Position numbers and translations under genes: made by a program. Shown in pieces: positions 1 to 13,458 of a stretch of DNA of 64,000 nt. The notes beneath the pieces were generated by a model, which searched no databases, was not told the DNA's origin, and worked only from the letters and a program-made list of their open reading frames with translations. Where the stretch lies: NCBI RefSeq assembly GCF_009914755.1, contig NC_060926.1. The stretch is one strand, 5' to 3'. How positions within the stretch are numbered: position 1 is the stretch's first letter; each line of letters opens with the position of its first letter. Source of the stretch: the human T2T-CHM13v2.0 reference genome, Homo sapiens.

Positions 1-518
1 CTCCCAGGCTTTCTTGAATGTTTCCCTAAGAAGGCGTCCAGGTTTATGAAGCTGAGCAGCTTCTGGATCTTTAAGGCAGTGTGGGGAATGGCAGGGAAAA
101 AATCCACAGTCTCCTTCTGGGCTTTAGCTGGTGTCTGCTGGTCTCTAGGTGATGTGCCTTGTCTTCCTGTTCCTATTGTGCCCCGATAAACTCTGATGAT
201 GCCAGCTATTGCTGCATGGACTTGTGGATCATTCTCCTGCCAAAATAGTGCTCATGGAGGGTCCCACCAGGTGACTTGGCCCCATATAGTAGTTCAGTAG
301 CTGCAGATCTTCTTGGCAGCCCCTTCATCCAGCTTGCTGTTCCAGTGAGCCACTGTCTAACGTCTGCTGCAAGGTCAGTTCCCCAGCCTCAGTGGATCTC
401 TTCGCAGGACATAAATTGCATCTCAAAAGGAGGGCAGGGAAGATGTAGAGAAATCATGGTGTGCTCCCTTTGCAAAGGGAGCTCCTCTCAGTGACTCAGA
501 GGTAAAGGATTCAGCCAA

Positions 519-873
<355 letters not shown>

Positions 874-1193
874 TTAATGTACCTCATTCTTTCTAGGCAC
901 TAATCAGATTTGCAAGTACTGGGAGAAGAGGTACATTGCTGACTGCAACCCATGTGAATGCTAGCAAAAGGCTCAGTTTCTAATTGGTATGCATTTATAT
1001 AAAATAGCCTAGGGGAGGTCTTTGTAATTGCTTATGGTGTGACCTAAAAGCCCAAACATAGGGTTTGGCCAGGACAGGAGCTGACTCCCCAGGCAAGATT
1101 CAATAATGGCTTTAGAATGGATGGACACAGGGTTGATACCTTTTCACTTTTGCTGCCTCCTCACACTATATAATTTCATACTCCCAGAATGAA

Positions 1194-1257
1194 AGATCGG
1201 TGCTGATCAGGCTTTCACATGAGTTAGATTGGTTCTGATCAGGCTTTCACATGAGTT
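1194..1257. repeat. 32-bp tandem duplication (2 copies)
   Basis: AGATCGGTGCTGATCAGGCTTTCACATGAGTT followed by AGATTGGTTCTGATCAGGCTTTCACATGAGTT (2 mismatches). Confidence 0.9.
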
Positions 1258-4200
1258 CTAAACAGCCCAGAAATTAGTAGCACTGTCTTAGGCAACTCTG
1301 GAGGCACAGGCAAATCAGGGTGGCAGAATCTGCCCCAACACCATGGCTACCAGAGCAGCAGCACTTATACACTGGGGATCCCTCTATGTTTTTCTCTTTA
1401 AAAAGTTACTTCTGATTTTTAAAAAGTTAGAAATTGAATGTGCTAGATGGCCATCATTTCTCCGTTTATTTTTCAGATCCTGTGACTGCAATAATGTTTC
1501 TGCCACCCCCATGCCTCTATTATGTGATACTTTCGCTTTTTTGACCCAGAGGAAAAAGTTAAACATACATGCTGATCTCACTGAACCCCTTTATTGCACA
1601 AAGCTTTGCTTGCATCCCCCAAAGGTGTAATGAGACACAGGGATAGGAACGACCTTTCAGGTCTCAGAGTAAGATGGACCAGGCTGAGAGAGTAGGCAAG
1701 TTCTTAATTCTCATCTGAGCTTTGTCATCCTCCCAAACTGTCATCTCAATGCTGCCTGCCATGCTTCTGTTCCACATTTCTTTTTTAACAGCTTCTCCAG
1801 TAACTAGGACATTTTTATATTATCATTCTTGGAATACTAATGTGCTTTCCATCAAAAGCTTTAGGGTAATTAAATTGAAGAGAGGGGAAAATGAATAAAA
1901 TTTGTCATATAAAATAATGATCCAGTCTGTTGATTGTATCATGTGGACCAATTATAGCCTTGCCAAAGATCAAAGTCACCTGAAATTGCCATTTCTACTT
2001 ATTGACAATGATTTTTGCTAAAGTAAATTTGGTGCTATAAAGCAGTATATTGGTATAATAGTTCAGTGAGGGGAGGTGATTGTGAAAAATAATTTAATAT
2101 AACAGTCACAATAACAACATATGGAGATAAAATATTATTTTCTCCAATTTTGTAGGATGGAGCAGTCAGTGCTCAAAAACTAATGGCATGAAGGTAGCAC
2201 TTCCAGAATGGTGCTGCAAAGAGCCCTGGGAAAGCTCTCCCCCAGGAGAGACACCCGCTAAGCTTATGAAATTTAGCAATCATTCAAAGTCTGTGGAGAT
2301 TGATCAAAGGGCTTAAAGCAAATTGAGAACAAAATCTATGGAATTTCTCAGCAGAAGGCTGGGCCTTTGTTCTAGAGACTTCCCCCACCTCCTCCCCCAC
2401 ATTTCTGCCTTGTGGCTGAGTTGTCACAGTGGTCTTGTCAGTAAAGTCATAATTCCCATTCACCCTAACTTTCTAGAAGCCAGTGAACACCAGCAAATCA
2501 CATTTTGCCCAGCTCCCTGCTGCAGAAGATCTATGTTGAGTGCATGGTAGCAGTCAGTGGCAATGCACATTTCCCCACTCCCAAATTCCATTAAGTAAGT
2601 AAGATTGGCAGGGCAACTGGTGAAAAATTCAGTCTCCTTTTCCCATATATCTTTGTATTATGAGGGAGCTTCTTTAGTAGGATTGGTTAAAATAAAGAGC
2701 CACTCTCCTCGCTTCCAGCTTTCTGAGATAAAGCTATTATTATAGGTAGGCTTACAATCTGGAAAACCACTACATTCTATTCTCATTCATTCTGAGATAC
2801 AGAAGATTTATAATGGATAGTGCTCAGAAGAGGCACCAGTTTTCACCTGTCCAGCACCACACTCCATAGTTGCTGATTCATAAAAAAACACATGGGACAG
2901 TCATGGAGAGCAAGCACCACCCCCACCCCCCAGCTTCACACTTCAGCTCCATACAGCAGAGGTTCTACTCAAAGGAAGGTCAGAACAAGCTCAATGTCCG
3001 TTAACACCCTGCTGCTGTCAAGGGGCCGGACTTCAAGTGGATCAGAGTATTGAGTAAATTTTATCCCAAGTATAGTTGAAGTCAGCTAGTAATTAGTGAA
3101 GTCTAACAGCTTGATGTAATAGCAATACAAAGAGACTAGCCAGAAGTTTATTAGGGAGATCAGGAAAAGAGAGACACTAAAGAGAGCTAAAAGAATTTCC
3201 AGTCATCGCTGGTGGTCAGGAAGTCTGTGCATAGTCAAGGATCTTCCATTTGAGGAGTGACTGGAAAGACAACTTTTGAGATAAAAGTCCTTAGCTGAAT
3301 ATGAAGGAAACACAAACTTCTCTAACAGTCTTCTTTTAGAAGTCTCCAAGCCACATACAGATGTTATGATAAAAGGGAGGGGGCACTTACTAGCTCAGAG
3401 GGCTTAAGCACAACCTTGAACCAATCAGAGGCTGGCAACTAAACAGTGTTGATCATGTGACAGGCCCTAGGAAGATAGGCTTGAGATAAAAAGAAGAGAA
3501 ATTTGAGCATGACATCGCACACAGCACACTTGAAGGGAAATAGCTTTTCTGAACCACCACAGCCAAATAATTAACATATAAAGCAGCAAACAACATCAAT
3601 AAGCTTGGAAGAGGGGATCAGTATCTAGAGTTACTACAATGTATTTTCCTTTAGAAGTTTTCAACAAAAAATTACCAGACATACAAAGAAGAAAACTCAG
3701 TCATACACAAGAAGGAAAAAAGCTGCCAGTAGGCTCTACCTTTCAGGAGGCCCAGATGTTGGTCTTATCAGGCAAAGACATCAAAGTAACTATCATAAAT
3801 ATATTCAAAGAATTAAAGAAAATTATCCTTAAAGTTATGATAACAATGTCTCATTAGATAAAGAAGATCAATAAAGAGATATAAATTATAATAGACCAAA
3901 ATGGAAATTCTGGAGTTAATAATAGCCCAAATACAAATTTTAATACAGAGGCTCAACAACAGGTTTGAGCTGGAGAAGAAACAAGCAAAACACTTAAAAA
4001 TCTAAACTATAAATATTATACAACACAGAAGAAAAGAATTTAAAAAATGGACACTTACAGAAATATTAGACATTAAACACACCAATATAAAAATAATAGA
4101 GTACCAGAAAAAGATGAAATAAAGGAGAATTTAAAATGTTCAAAGAAATAATTGCCATCAACATACCAAATTCAATGCAAAACATTCTTCAACAAACCCA

Positions 4201-4441
4201 AGAAGCTCTTCACAAAGAGATCCACACTTAGACACATTATATTCAAAAAGAAATCTTGAAAGCAGCAAGAGAAAATGAACAAGATAATTCCAATAAGATT
4301 AATGGTCAACTCCAAATCAGACAAAATGGAGGCCAAAAATCAGTAAGATGACATATTCAAAGTGCCAAAAGGAAAGGGGGGAAATACTCAATCAGGGCTC
4401 TTATATCCATCAAACTACTTTAAAATGAAGCTAAAACAAAG

Positions 4442-4832
4442 TCATAGATTGAAGCCCCATCCTGCAATGTGACTGTATTTGGAAATGGGACCTTTATGGT
4501 GGTAATTAAGATTAAATGAGGGCCCTTATTCAATAGGATTCACGTCTGTACAAGAAGAGGACAAAGTGTGCACTCGCATTCTCTCTCTCTCTTTCCCTCT
4601 CTCTTTCTCTTTCTCTCTTGTTCTCTCTCTGTGGATGTGTGTGGGTGTGTCGTGTGAGGGCGCATTGAGAAGACAGCCATCTGCAAGCCAGGAAGAAAGC
4701 CCTCACTAGAAACTGACCATGTCAGACTTCGATCTTGAACTTCCAGCATCCATAACTGTGAAAAAATAAACACTGTTGTTTGAGCCTTCAGTCTGTGGTA
4801 TTTTGTTATGGCAGCCCAAGCTGACTAATACA
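4442..4832 (+). mobile_element. MaLR solo LTR, MLT1A-like, 5'-clipped, with internal (CT)n tract
   Basis: AATGTGACTGTATTTGGAAATGGGACCTTT...GCCATCTGCAAGCCAGGAAGAAAGCCCTCAC...GGTATTTTGTTATGGCAGCCCAAGCTGACTAATACA matches the recalled MLT1A consensus. Confidence 0.85.
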
Positions 4833-5066
4833 CCAGATAAACAAAATCTGGACGAATGTATTGCTAGCATACTTGCCTTACAAGAAATACAGAGGAAGTT
4901 CTTCAGGCTGAAAGTGAGTGACATGTGAGAGTAATTTGAATCCATGAAAAAAATAAATAGTTTCATTAAAGATAATTACATAGAAAATTGTAGAGAATAG
5001 TACAATGGTATATTTCTTCTACTTTTTTCTTAACGTGTTTTTAAAAATTTTTAAAAGCATTGTGAG

Positions 5067-5437
<371 letters not shown>

Positions 5438-5541
5438 TCAGGAGGAAAGGGATGGGGCCAAAGCTGCACCGCAGTAAGGGAGACAGCAGATGATGATGCA
5501 GACCCAAGCTAGGAAATAGACTACTACAAATTCTCCCTCAT

Positions 5542-5547
5542 TATCTA

Positions 5548-5587
<40 letters not shown>
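5542..5587. repeat. (TATC)n-(TG)n compound microsatellite
   Basis: TATCTATCTATCTA followed by about 16 TG units. Confidence 0.95.
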
Positions 5588-5589
<2 letters not shown>

Positions 5590-6094
5590 TTCTTTTCTCA
5601 GCTTCCTTCAAAAGACATAAAATATTGCTGAAATTAAATTAATGTAAATTGAAGGTGGGTTCTGATAAGATGTATCTTGTAAGCATTAGTTCAGTGAATA
5701 AAAAGATTACTAACAATTATAAAATAAAAATTCATTAAACACTGAAATCTTCCACTGGAAAAGATTCACTTCATGTGAAAGAAGGCAGTAAATAGAGAAC
5801 AGAAGAATGAGAAAAAACATGAGACATAGAAAACTAAAAGCAAAATGGCAGATGTCAATATAATCAGATGGGTAATAGCATCCAATATAAGTGATTTAAG
5901 CAATCCCATAAAAAAGCATAATTTTAAACTGAATAAAGATCCAACTATGCCGTCTTCAGCAGATACACTTTAGATTAAAAGGCACAAATAGGGTGAAAGC
6001 AAAAGAGTGGAAAATATATGCCGTGAAAATAGCACTTATAAGAGAGCAGGAGTGGCTATAGAAATATCAGGGGAAAAGAAACTTTAAGACAATA

Positions 6095-6409
<315 letters not shown>

Positions 6410-8039
6410 TTACTAGGTATAAAGACAATTTATAATTGTAAACATATCAGGAAGACGTGACATTTATAAATATATACACATCCAACAACAGAGTCCCCCC
6501 CAGTACTGACAGAATTAAAGGGAAGAATAGACAAGTTAACATTAATACTTGATGACTTCAGCATCGGACATTAATCATTAGAACGACTAGGCAGGTCAGC
6601 AAGGACGCAGAAGATGTGTGCAACACTGTAAACCCAACAGGACCTAAGGGACATTTATAGAGCACTCCAACCAACAACAGCAGAATACACATCCTTCTCA
6701 AGCACACATGAACATTGTCCAGGATAGACAATATGATATATAATAAAACAATCCTCAGTAAATACAAAGTATGTTCTCTCATCACAACAGAATTAAATTA
6801 GAAATAACAGAAAAGAACTTGAGAAATTGAGAAATCAGTGGAAATTAAGTAGCACTTTTTAAAATGACCAATGCATTGATTAAGAAATTACAGAGAAAAT
6901 AAAAAATACTCTAAGATAAATAAAAAGAAAAACACAACTTACCAAAATTTATAGGATACACCTAAAATAGTGTTTTGAGGGAAAATTATACCTATAAATG
7001 CCTACATTAAAAAGGAAGAAATATTTTAAATCATTTAGCTAACATTTATTTCATGTTAGCAAACTAGAAAATAAAATAAACCAAAATAAAGCAAACAAAA
7101 GGAAATAATAAAGAGTGAAATAGAAATTAATTAGCTGAAAAATGAGAGAAATTCAATGAAATGAAAAGTTCATTAAAGATCAGCAACACTGACAAAACTT
7201 TAACTAGATTAGTTAAAAAAAAAGGACTCAAATTACTAAAATCAGGAGTAAAAGAGGGGGCATTACTACCAATATCATGAAAGTGCAAAGTATTATAAAG
7301 TAATACTATGACAAACTGTATGCCAACAATTTAGATAACTTAGATGAAATGGGGAAAAATCCTAGAAATATACAAACTATTAGAAATGGTAAATAGATTC
7401 ATTAGAAGAAATTGAATCCCAGAGAGAAGCTCAAACCGAAATGACTTCGCTTATGATATCTACCATTCAAAGAATTACCACTAATCTTCACAAAATCTTC
7501 CCCCCAAAAAGAAGAGTAGGAGGCACATCTGAACTCATTATTTGAGTCCAGTAATACCCTGATACCAAAGACAGACAAAGAAAATTGTAGAAAAGAAACT
7601 GTATTCTTTTTAATCTGGACAACATGCCATAGACACTTTTTGCCCTCCTCTCCCTACTAGACTATAAGCCCTTGGAAAGGTACAAGACACAACCAAAGGA
7701 GAATTCTGAAAGCTTAGGAGAAGCAGGTGCACTGGTCTGGGAGAAACTGTATAGCTACAAGTTTTCTTGTCACCACTCCTAATAGTTGAAGGCCACACAG
7801 AGCCAGTATTTTATGACCCTCAATCTAGCAATCAAGTGGGATGATTTTCCCTCCAAATGTAACAGTGTTCCTCTGACCAAATCAGGCAAGTTTTACCAAG
7901 GTAAAAATAGATCAATTATTAGGACTGCAGGAAAAAAAGTTATCTTCAGGGAAAGTTGTCTTATGCCCTGCTGGGCCCAAGACTACCCTACCCACCCAGA
8001 GCCACCAGTGCAGGCAGCCTGGATGAAAAGTAAAACATA

Positions 8040-8720
8040 GTAGATCAAAAGCGTGCTGAGAAGGAAATTCATAGCACTAAATGGTTTCATTAGAAAAAAA
8101 GAAAATACTCAAATTAAGAAGTTCCAAACTAAACTGGAAGCAATGGGAAGGAATGAGTAATAAAGATAGTAGCAAAAATGAACCAAGTTGAAAATATAAA
8201 ACACAAGGGAAAATCAATGAAACCAAACACTGGTTCTTCCAAAAAAAACCAGTAAGTTGATAAACTTACAATAAATGTGACAAGTCAGCAATATAAAAAC
8301 TGAGATGGGGATGTCACTTCAGACATTACAGCCATTAAAAATAACATATGACAAAATATGAGTATCTTTATTCCCATAAATTTAATAATTTAGAAGAAAT
8401 AAACCCATCCCGCAGAAATCAAACTATCAAAAATCAATCAAGATGAAATAGATAATCAATATTGCAACCAAGCATCAAATAAATTGAATTTATACTTTAA
8501 AAACTCCTTAAAAATAATTTCCAGAACCAGAGCATTCTACAGGGAAGTCTATCAAACATCTAAAGAAGGTTTAACATCAGTTTTACTCAATCTCTTTGGA
8601 AAAGTAGCAGATGAAGAATTATGTCCCAACTCATTTATGAGCCCAATATTACCTTGATATCAAAACTAGACAAATATAGTACAAAAATAGAAAACTATGG
8701 ACTTATATCTGTAGTTATCT
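8040..8720 (+). mobile_element. Second ancient L1 ORF2 fragment
   Basis: Homologous to the ORF2 stretch at about 6960-7600 (AACTCATTTATGAGCCCAATATTACCTTGATATCAAAACTAGACAAA vs AACTCATTATTTGAGTCCAGTAATACCCTGATACCAAAGACAGACAAAG). Confidence 0.8.
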
Positions 8721-8724
8721 GTTG

Positions 8725-9892
8725 TAATCCTACCTCACACCATACTCAAAAATAAACTTAAAATCATGGACCTGAAGGTAAGATCAAACACTATAAAACT
8801 CTTAAAAGAAAATACAGGAGCAACTCTTTCTGACTTGGATTAGACAATAGCTTCTTAGCTATAACCACAAAAACAAATGGCAAAATAAAAAAATAGATAC
8901 ATTGCAGTTAATCAAAATTAAAGCTTTATATTTCAAATGATACCGTAAAGAAAATGAAACAGCAATCCAGAAAATAGGAGAAAATATTTGCAAATCATAT
9001 ATCTGATAAGGGCCTTATATCCAGAATATGTATTTAAAACAACACAACTCAAGAATAAAAGGACAATTCAATTAAAAACAGACTATCTGAATAGTCATTT
9101 CTGTAAAAAATATGGTAAATAGCCAATAAGCACATGAAAAGATGCTCAACACATTTAGTCCTTACAGAAATTCAAATCAAAATCACAATAAAATACCACC
9201 TCACACCTACTAGGATGCTATAATAAAATAGAAAGTTACAATTGTGAAAGATGTGGAAAAATTGTAACATGTATCTTGCTGGTGGAGATATAAAATGGTG
9301 TAACCTCTTAGAAAACAGCTTAGCAGTTCCTTCAAAAGTTAAATATAGATTAATCTTATTAATCAGTAATTTCTCTCCTAGAAATGAAACATATGATCAC
9401 AGAAACACTTGTAGGCAAATGTTTACAGCAGCATTGTTCATAGTAGATAAAAATTGGAAACACTGTAAACGTCCATCAAATGAAGAAGGGGTGAACGAAA
9501 GGTGATATATCCATACAGTTGAATATTGTTTGACGATAAAAAGGAATGAAGTGATGATTGATGCATGCCACAACATAGATGGATCTTGAAAACACACTTT
9601 GTGAAAGAATCAAGACACAAAAGACCACATATTATAGGGTCCTATTTATTTGAAATGCCCAGAGAAGGCAAATCTACAGAGACAGAAAATAGATTAGAGA
9701 TTGCCCAGGCTGAAGTTGGAGTGAATGGGAAGTGACTGCTAGTGGTACAGGATTTCTGTTTCAGGTGATCAAAATGTGCCCAATTTTATTTTGATGATAT
9801 TGGCACAACTCTGAATCTAGTTAAAAAACATTGAATTGTACACTTTAAGTAGGTGAATTTTATGGTATTATATTTCAATAAAGCTGTTAAAG
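8725..9892 (+). mobile_element. L1MB/L1ME-type ORF2 3' end and 3'UTR
   Basis: AAGCACATGAAAAGATGCTCAAC; GGCAAATCTACAGAGACAGAAAATAGATTAG; ends TTTCAATAAAGCTGTTAAA. Confidence 0.85.
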
Positions 9893-10974
9893 AAAAGTGG
9901 CTAACATTAGGTTCCATGAAACCAGCAGTACTATTCAAGCTTTTTAAAACTACCAAATAAAATAAATTGAGATAATATCTTAACATTTATGTACCACTGC
10001 TCATTTTGTTCTTAAGTTAGGAAATGTCCTTCAAGCTACAGCATAAAATTTGCAGAGAGGCACCCTGGGCTGCCATTAGTTCTGTGTTTGAAACTTCAGG
10101 GAACGCTATCCTGAAGAGGTCAACGTCTCCACTGACGTCCCAGCTGCCTCCTGACAAGTTGTGCTGTGACCGTCTTCCACTCCCATCTTGGACGGCCCAG
10201 ATGTGGGCTGTGAAGCCACCCTCTTCTGTCTGCACTTCACGCTTGCTTCCCCTCCATCTGCTGGGTCCAGCTCACCTCATAACCAAGAGTCTAATGCTGA
10301 TGGCTCCCGGGAACCACCACTTTCTTGGCAAGAAGGATCCATGCAGTGTTTCTCATCAAGGAGTAAGGGGCGTGCTTCTGCATTTCTGTTCACATCGTCT
10401 TTCTTCCTACCTTTCTATTGCTTTTTCTTGTTTTTGCCTGCATTCCTTTTATTTGCCTATCATATTTTCTTCTTATTTTTTGTTTACTTTAATATTAGCT
10501 CAAACTCCAGTTTCATTATGAGGCTTTCCTTGGTTACTGTAGTGTACCATGAGTTCTCAGTTCTCTATTTTATTGCATGCATTCGTGTTCTGCTTGTCTG
10601 GTGCAGACCATAAACTTCCTGGCACTGTGTCAGCTTTCCTGAGTATGCACTATGTGCCTAACACTGTGATAAGAGCCTTCCACTTGCCATGAGGTTTAAT
10701 CATGTGAGTTGATCTTGTTGTCTTTGTGAGCAGGCAAGCAAGCCGTTCTGAGAGCCTCCATTCTCTTCTATGATTCTGTATGTATCAAAATGCTCCCCAA
10801 ATTTTATTATACCGAAGTTAAGGCTCAGTAAATTCTGCTGAATTGCTTTAATTATTGGCTTATTTTCTGTTTTTCTGGTTTTTTGTCTTTGATTAAAGTA
10901 CTGAAGAAAACTTTTATTAAATTGATAAAACGTTGTTTACTCACTGCCACATCTCAGTGAATTCCAGTAACTTT

Positions 10975-13458
10975 TTTCTTTGTATTTTTTGATTAATACA
11001 CTGTTTTTACAGCAGTTTTCGGTTTACAGAAAAAAATAAATAGGAAATACAGAGAGCTACCATATATTTCCTAACCCCCTCAGCTCACCATTTCCCCTAT
11101 TATCAACATTTTACATTAGTGTGATAGATTTGTTACAACTGTTGAGACACTATTGATACCTTATTAACTAGAGTCCATAGTTGAGGGTTATTCCTTGTGT
11201 TGTACATTCTATGGGTTTTGGAGAAATGTATATTGACATGTATCCATCATTACAGTGGTATACAGACTCATATCCGTACCCTAAAATTCCTCCATATTCT
11301 GCCTATTCATCTCCCCCCATCCCCGAAAATCCCTTGCCTTTTCCGGGATGTCATATAATTGAAATCATACAGTATGAAGCCCTTTAAGATTGGCTTCTCT
11401 CACCCCATGAATTAAGTTTCCTCCATGTCTTCATGTGGCTTGATAGCTCGTTTCTTGTTTATCGCTGAATGATATTTTATTGCATGTATTATCAGAGTTT
11501 GTTTATCCTTTCAGCTACCAAAGGACACTTTGGTGGCTTCTAAGTTTGGGCAGTTATCAATAGAGCTTCTATAAACCTATATGAGGCTTTTTCTCTAGAC
11601 GTGAGTTTTTAACTTGGGTAAATACCAAGAAGGACAAGTGCTGGAATGAAGATGTTTAATTTTAGATGAAACTGACAAACTATCTTCCAAAGTGGCTGTC
11701 CATTTGCATTCCCACCGGCAGTGAATGAGTTCCTGCTGCTCCACATCCTCTCCAGCATTTGGTGTGGTCAGGGTTCTGGATTTTGGCCATTCCTATAGGT
11801 GTGTAGTGGTGTCTCATGGTTGTTTTAATTTGTGTTTTCCTGCTGACATATGATGCTGAGCATCGTTTTATATGCTTATTTGCCATCTGTATGTCTTCTT
11901 TGGTGAGGTGCCTGTTCAAATCTTTTTTTCTGCTTTTTAAATTGTTTTGTTGTTAAGTTTTAAGAGTTCTTTGTGTATTTGGATCCAGTCCTTGATCAGA
12001 TATTTGTTTGGCAAACGTTGTTTTTTCTTCAGTCAATAGTTTCTGTTTTCATTATCTTATCCATGTCTTTCGCAAATCAGAAACTTTTAATTTTAGTGGT
12101 GTTCAATTTAACTTCTTCTTTCATGGAAAGTGCTTTTGGTGTTGTATCTAAAAAGTCTTCACCAAACCCAAGTCTCCGAGAATTTCTCCTGTGATACCTT
12201 CTAGGAGTTCTACAATTGTGTGCCTTAGACTATGATCTATTTTGAGGTAATTTTTGTGAACAGTGAAAAATCTGTGTCTATTTTTTTGGCATGTTGATGT
12301 CTACTTTTTTCAGTACTATTTGTTGAAAAGCCTCTCTTTTCTCCATTGGAATGCCTTTGCTCGTTGTCAAATATCAGTTGACTATATTTCTGTGGATTCA
12401 TTTCTAGGCTTTCTATTCTGTTCCCTTGATTTGTCTGTCTCTCTCTCTTTTTTTTTTCTTTTTTTGCCAATATCACACTGTCTTGATTATCGTTGGTAGT
12501 GTCAGTTCTCTGACTTTTGTTTGTGTCCTTCAATATTGCACTTGCTATCTTGGGTCTTTGCCTTCCTTATGAACTTTAAAATCAGTTTATCCCCATCCAC
12601 AGAATAGCTTGCAGGGATTTTAATCAGGCTTTCATTGAATGTATAGATCAAGTTGGGAAGAACTGACGCCTTGACAATGTTGTCTTCCTATCTATATACA
12701 TGGAATATCTCTCCATTAATACAGATTTTATTTGTTTTTCTCATCAGTTTTACAGTTTTCCTAATATGCGTCTTGCATATATGTATTTTGTTAGATTTAT
12801 GCCTTGAGTATTTCATATTTTGGATGCTGATGTGAATGAAATTTTGTTTTTAATTTCAAATTCCAATATTCTTTGCTAATATATATTACTTGTATGTATT
12901 ATATAAAGCAGTTGATTTTTAAATGTTAACCTTGTATTCTGCAACCTAATTATCACCACTTACTAGTTCCAGGAGTTTTTGTTGTTGTTAATTCTTCGGG
13001 ATTTTCTACAGACTATCTTATCATCTGAGAACAAGGACAGTTTTATTTCTCTATCCAATATGCATGCCTTTTATTTCCTTTACCTGTTAATTGCATTAGC
13101 AAAGATTTCCAGGGCAATGTGGAATAAAAGTGGTAAGAAGAGTGGCCACCTCACATGTCTGTAGTCCCAGTTACTCAGTAGGCTGAGGCAGAAGACTAGC
13201 TCGAACCCAGGAGATGGAGGTTGCAGTGAGCCGAAATCACGCCACTACACTCCAGCCTGGGTGACAGAGGGAGACTCCATCTCAAAAAAAGAAAAAGAAA
13301 AAAAAAAGAAGAAGAAGAAGAGTGGCCACCTTTGCTTTATTTCTGATTTGGGGTGAGACGCATTTAGTTTCTCATCGTTAAGTATGATGTTAGCTGTAGG
13401 ATTTTGCAGATGGTTTTTATGAAGTCAAGGATGTTCCCCTCTGTTCCTAATTTGCCAT
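10975..13458 (-). mobile_element. Ancient L1 (L1MC/L1MD-like) 3' portion, antisense
   Basis: Minus-strand ORF 11680-11919 (MNRHLTKEDIQMANKHIKRCS...TTMRHHYTP) is the L1 ORF2p C-terminus; a reversed L1MC/MD-type 3'UTR lies at about 10980-11500. Confidence 0.9.
13152..13314 (+). mobile_element. 5'-truncated Alu (right arm only)
   Basis: Right monomer plus A/GAA tail, flanked by a perfect 17-bp TSD AAGAAGAGTGGCCACCT (13135-13151 and 13315-13331). Confidence 0.9.

Noticed and set aside
1-252. Minus-strand open frame running off the left edge (ALFWQENDPQVHAAIAGIIRVYRG...KIQKLLSFINLDAFLGKH)
   Set aside because: No start codon or clear splice acceptor and no protein family I recognise; an open frame of this length is expected by chance. 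BLASTX with the upstream flank would settle it.
10024-10613. Overlapping 165-aa and 141-aa ORFs with hydrophobic tails
   Set aside because: The apparent transmembrane character comes from a T-rich low-complexity tract; no recognisable homology.
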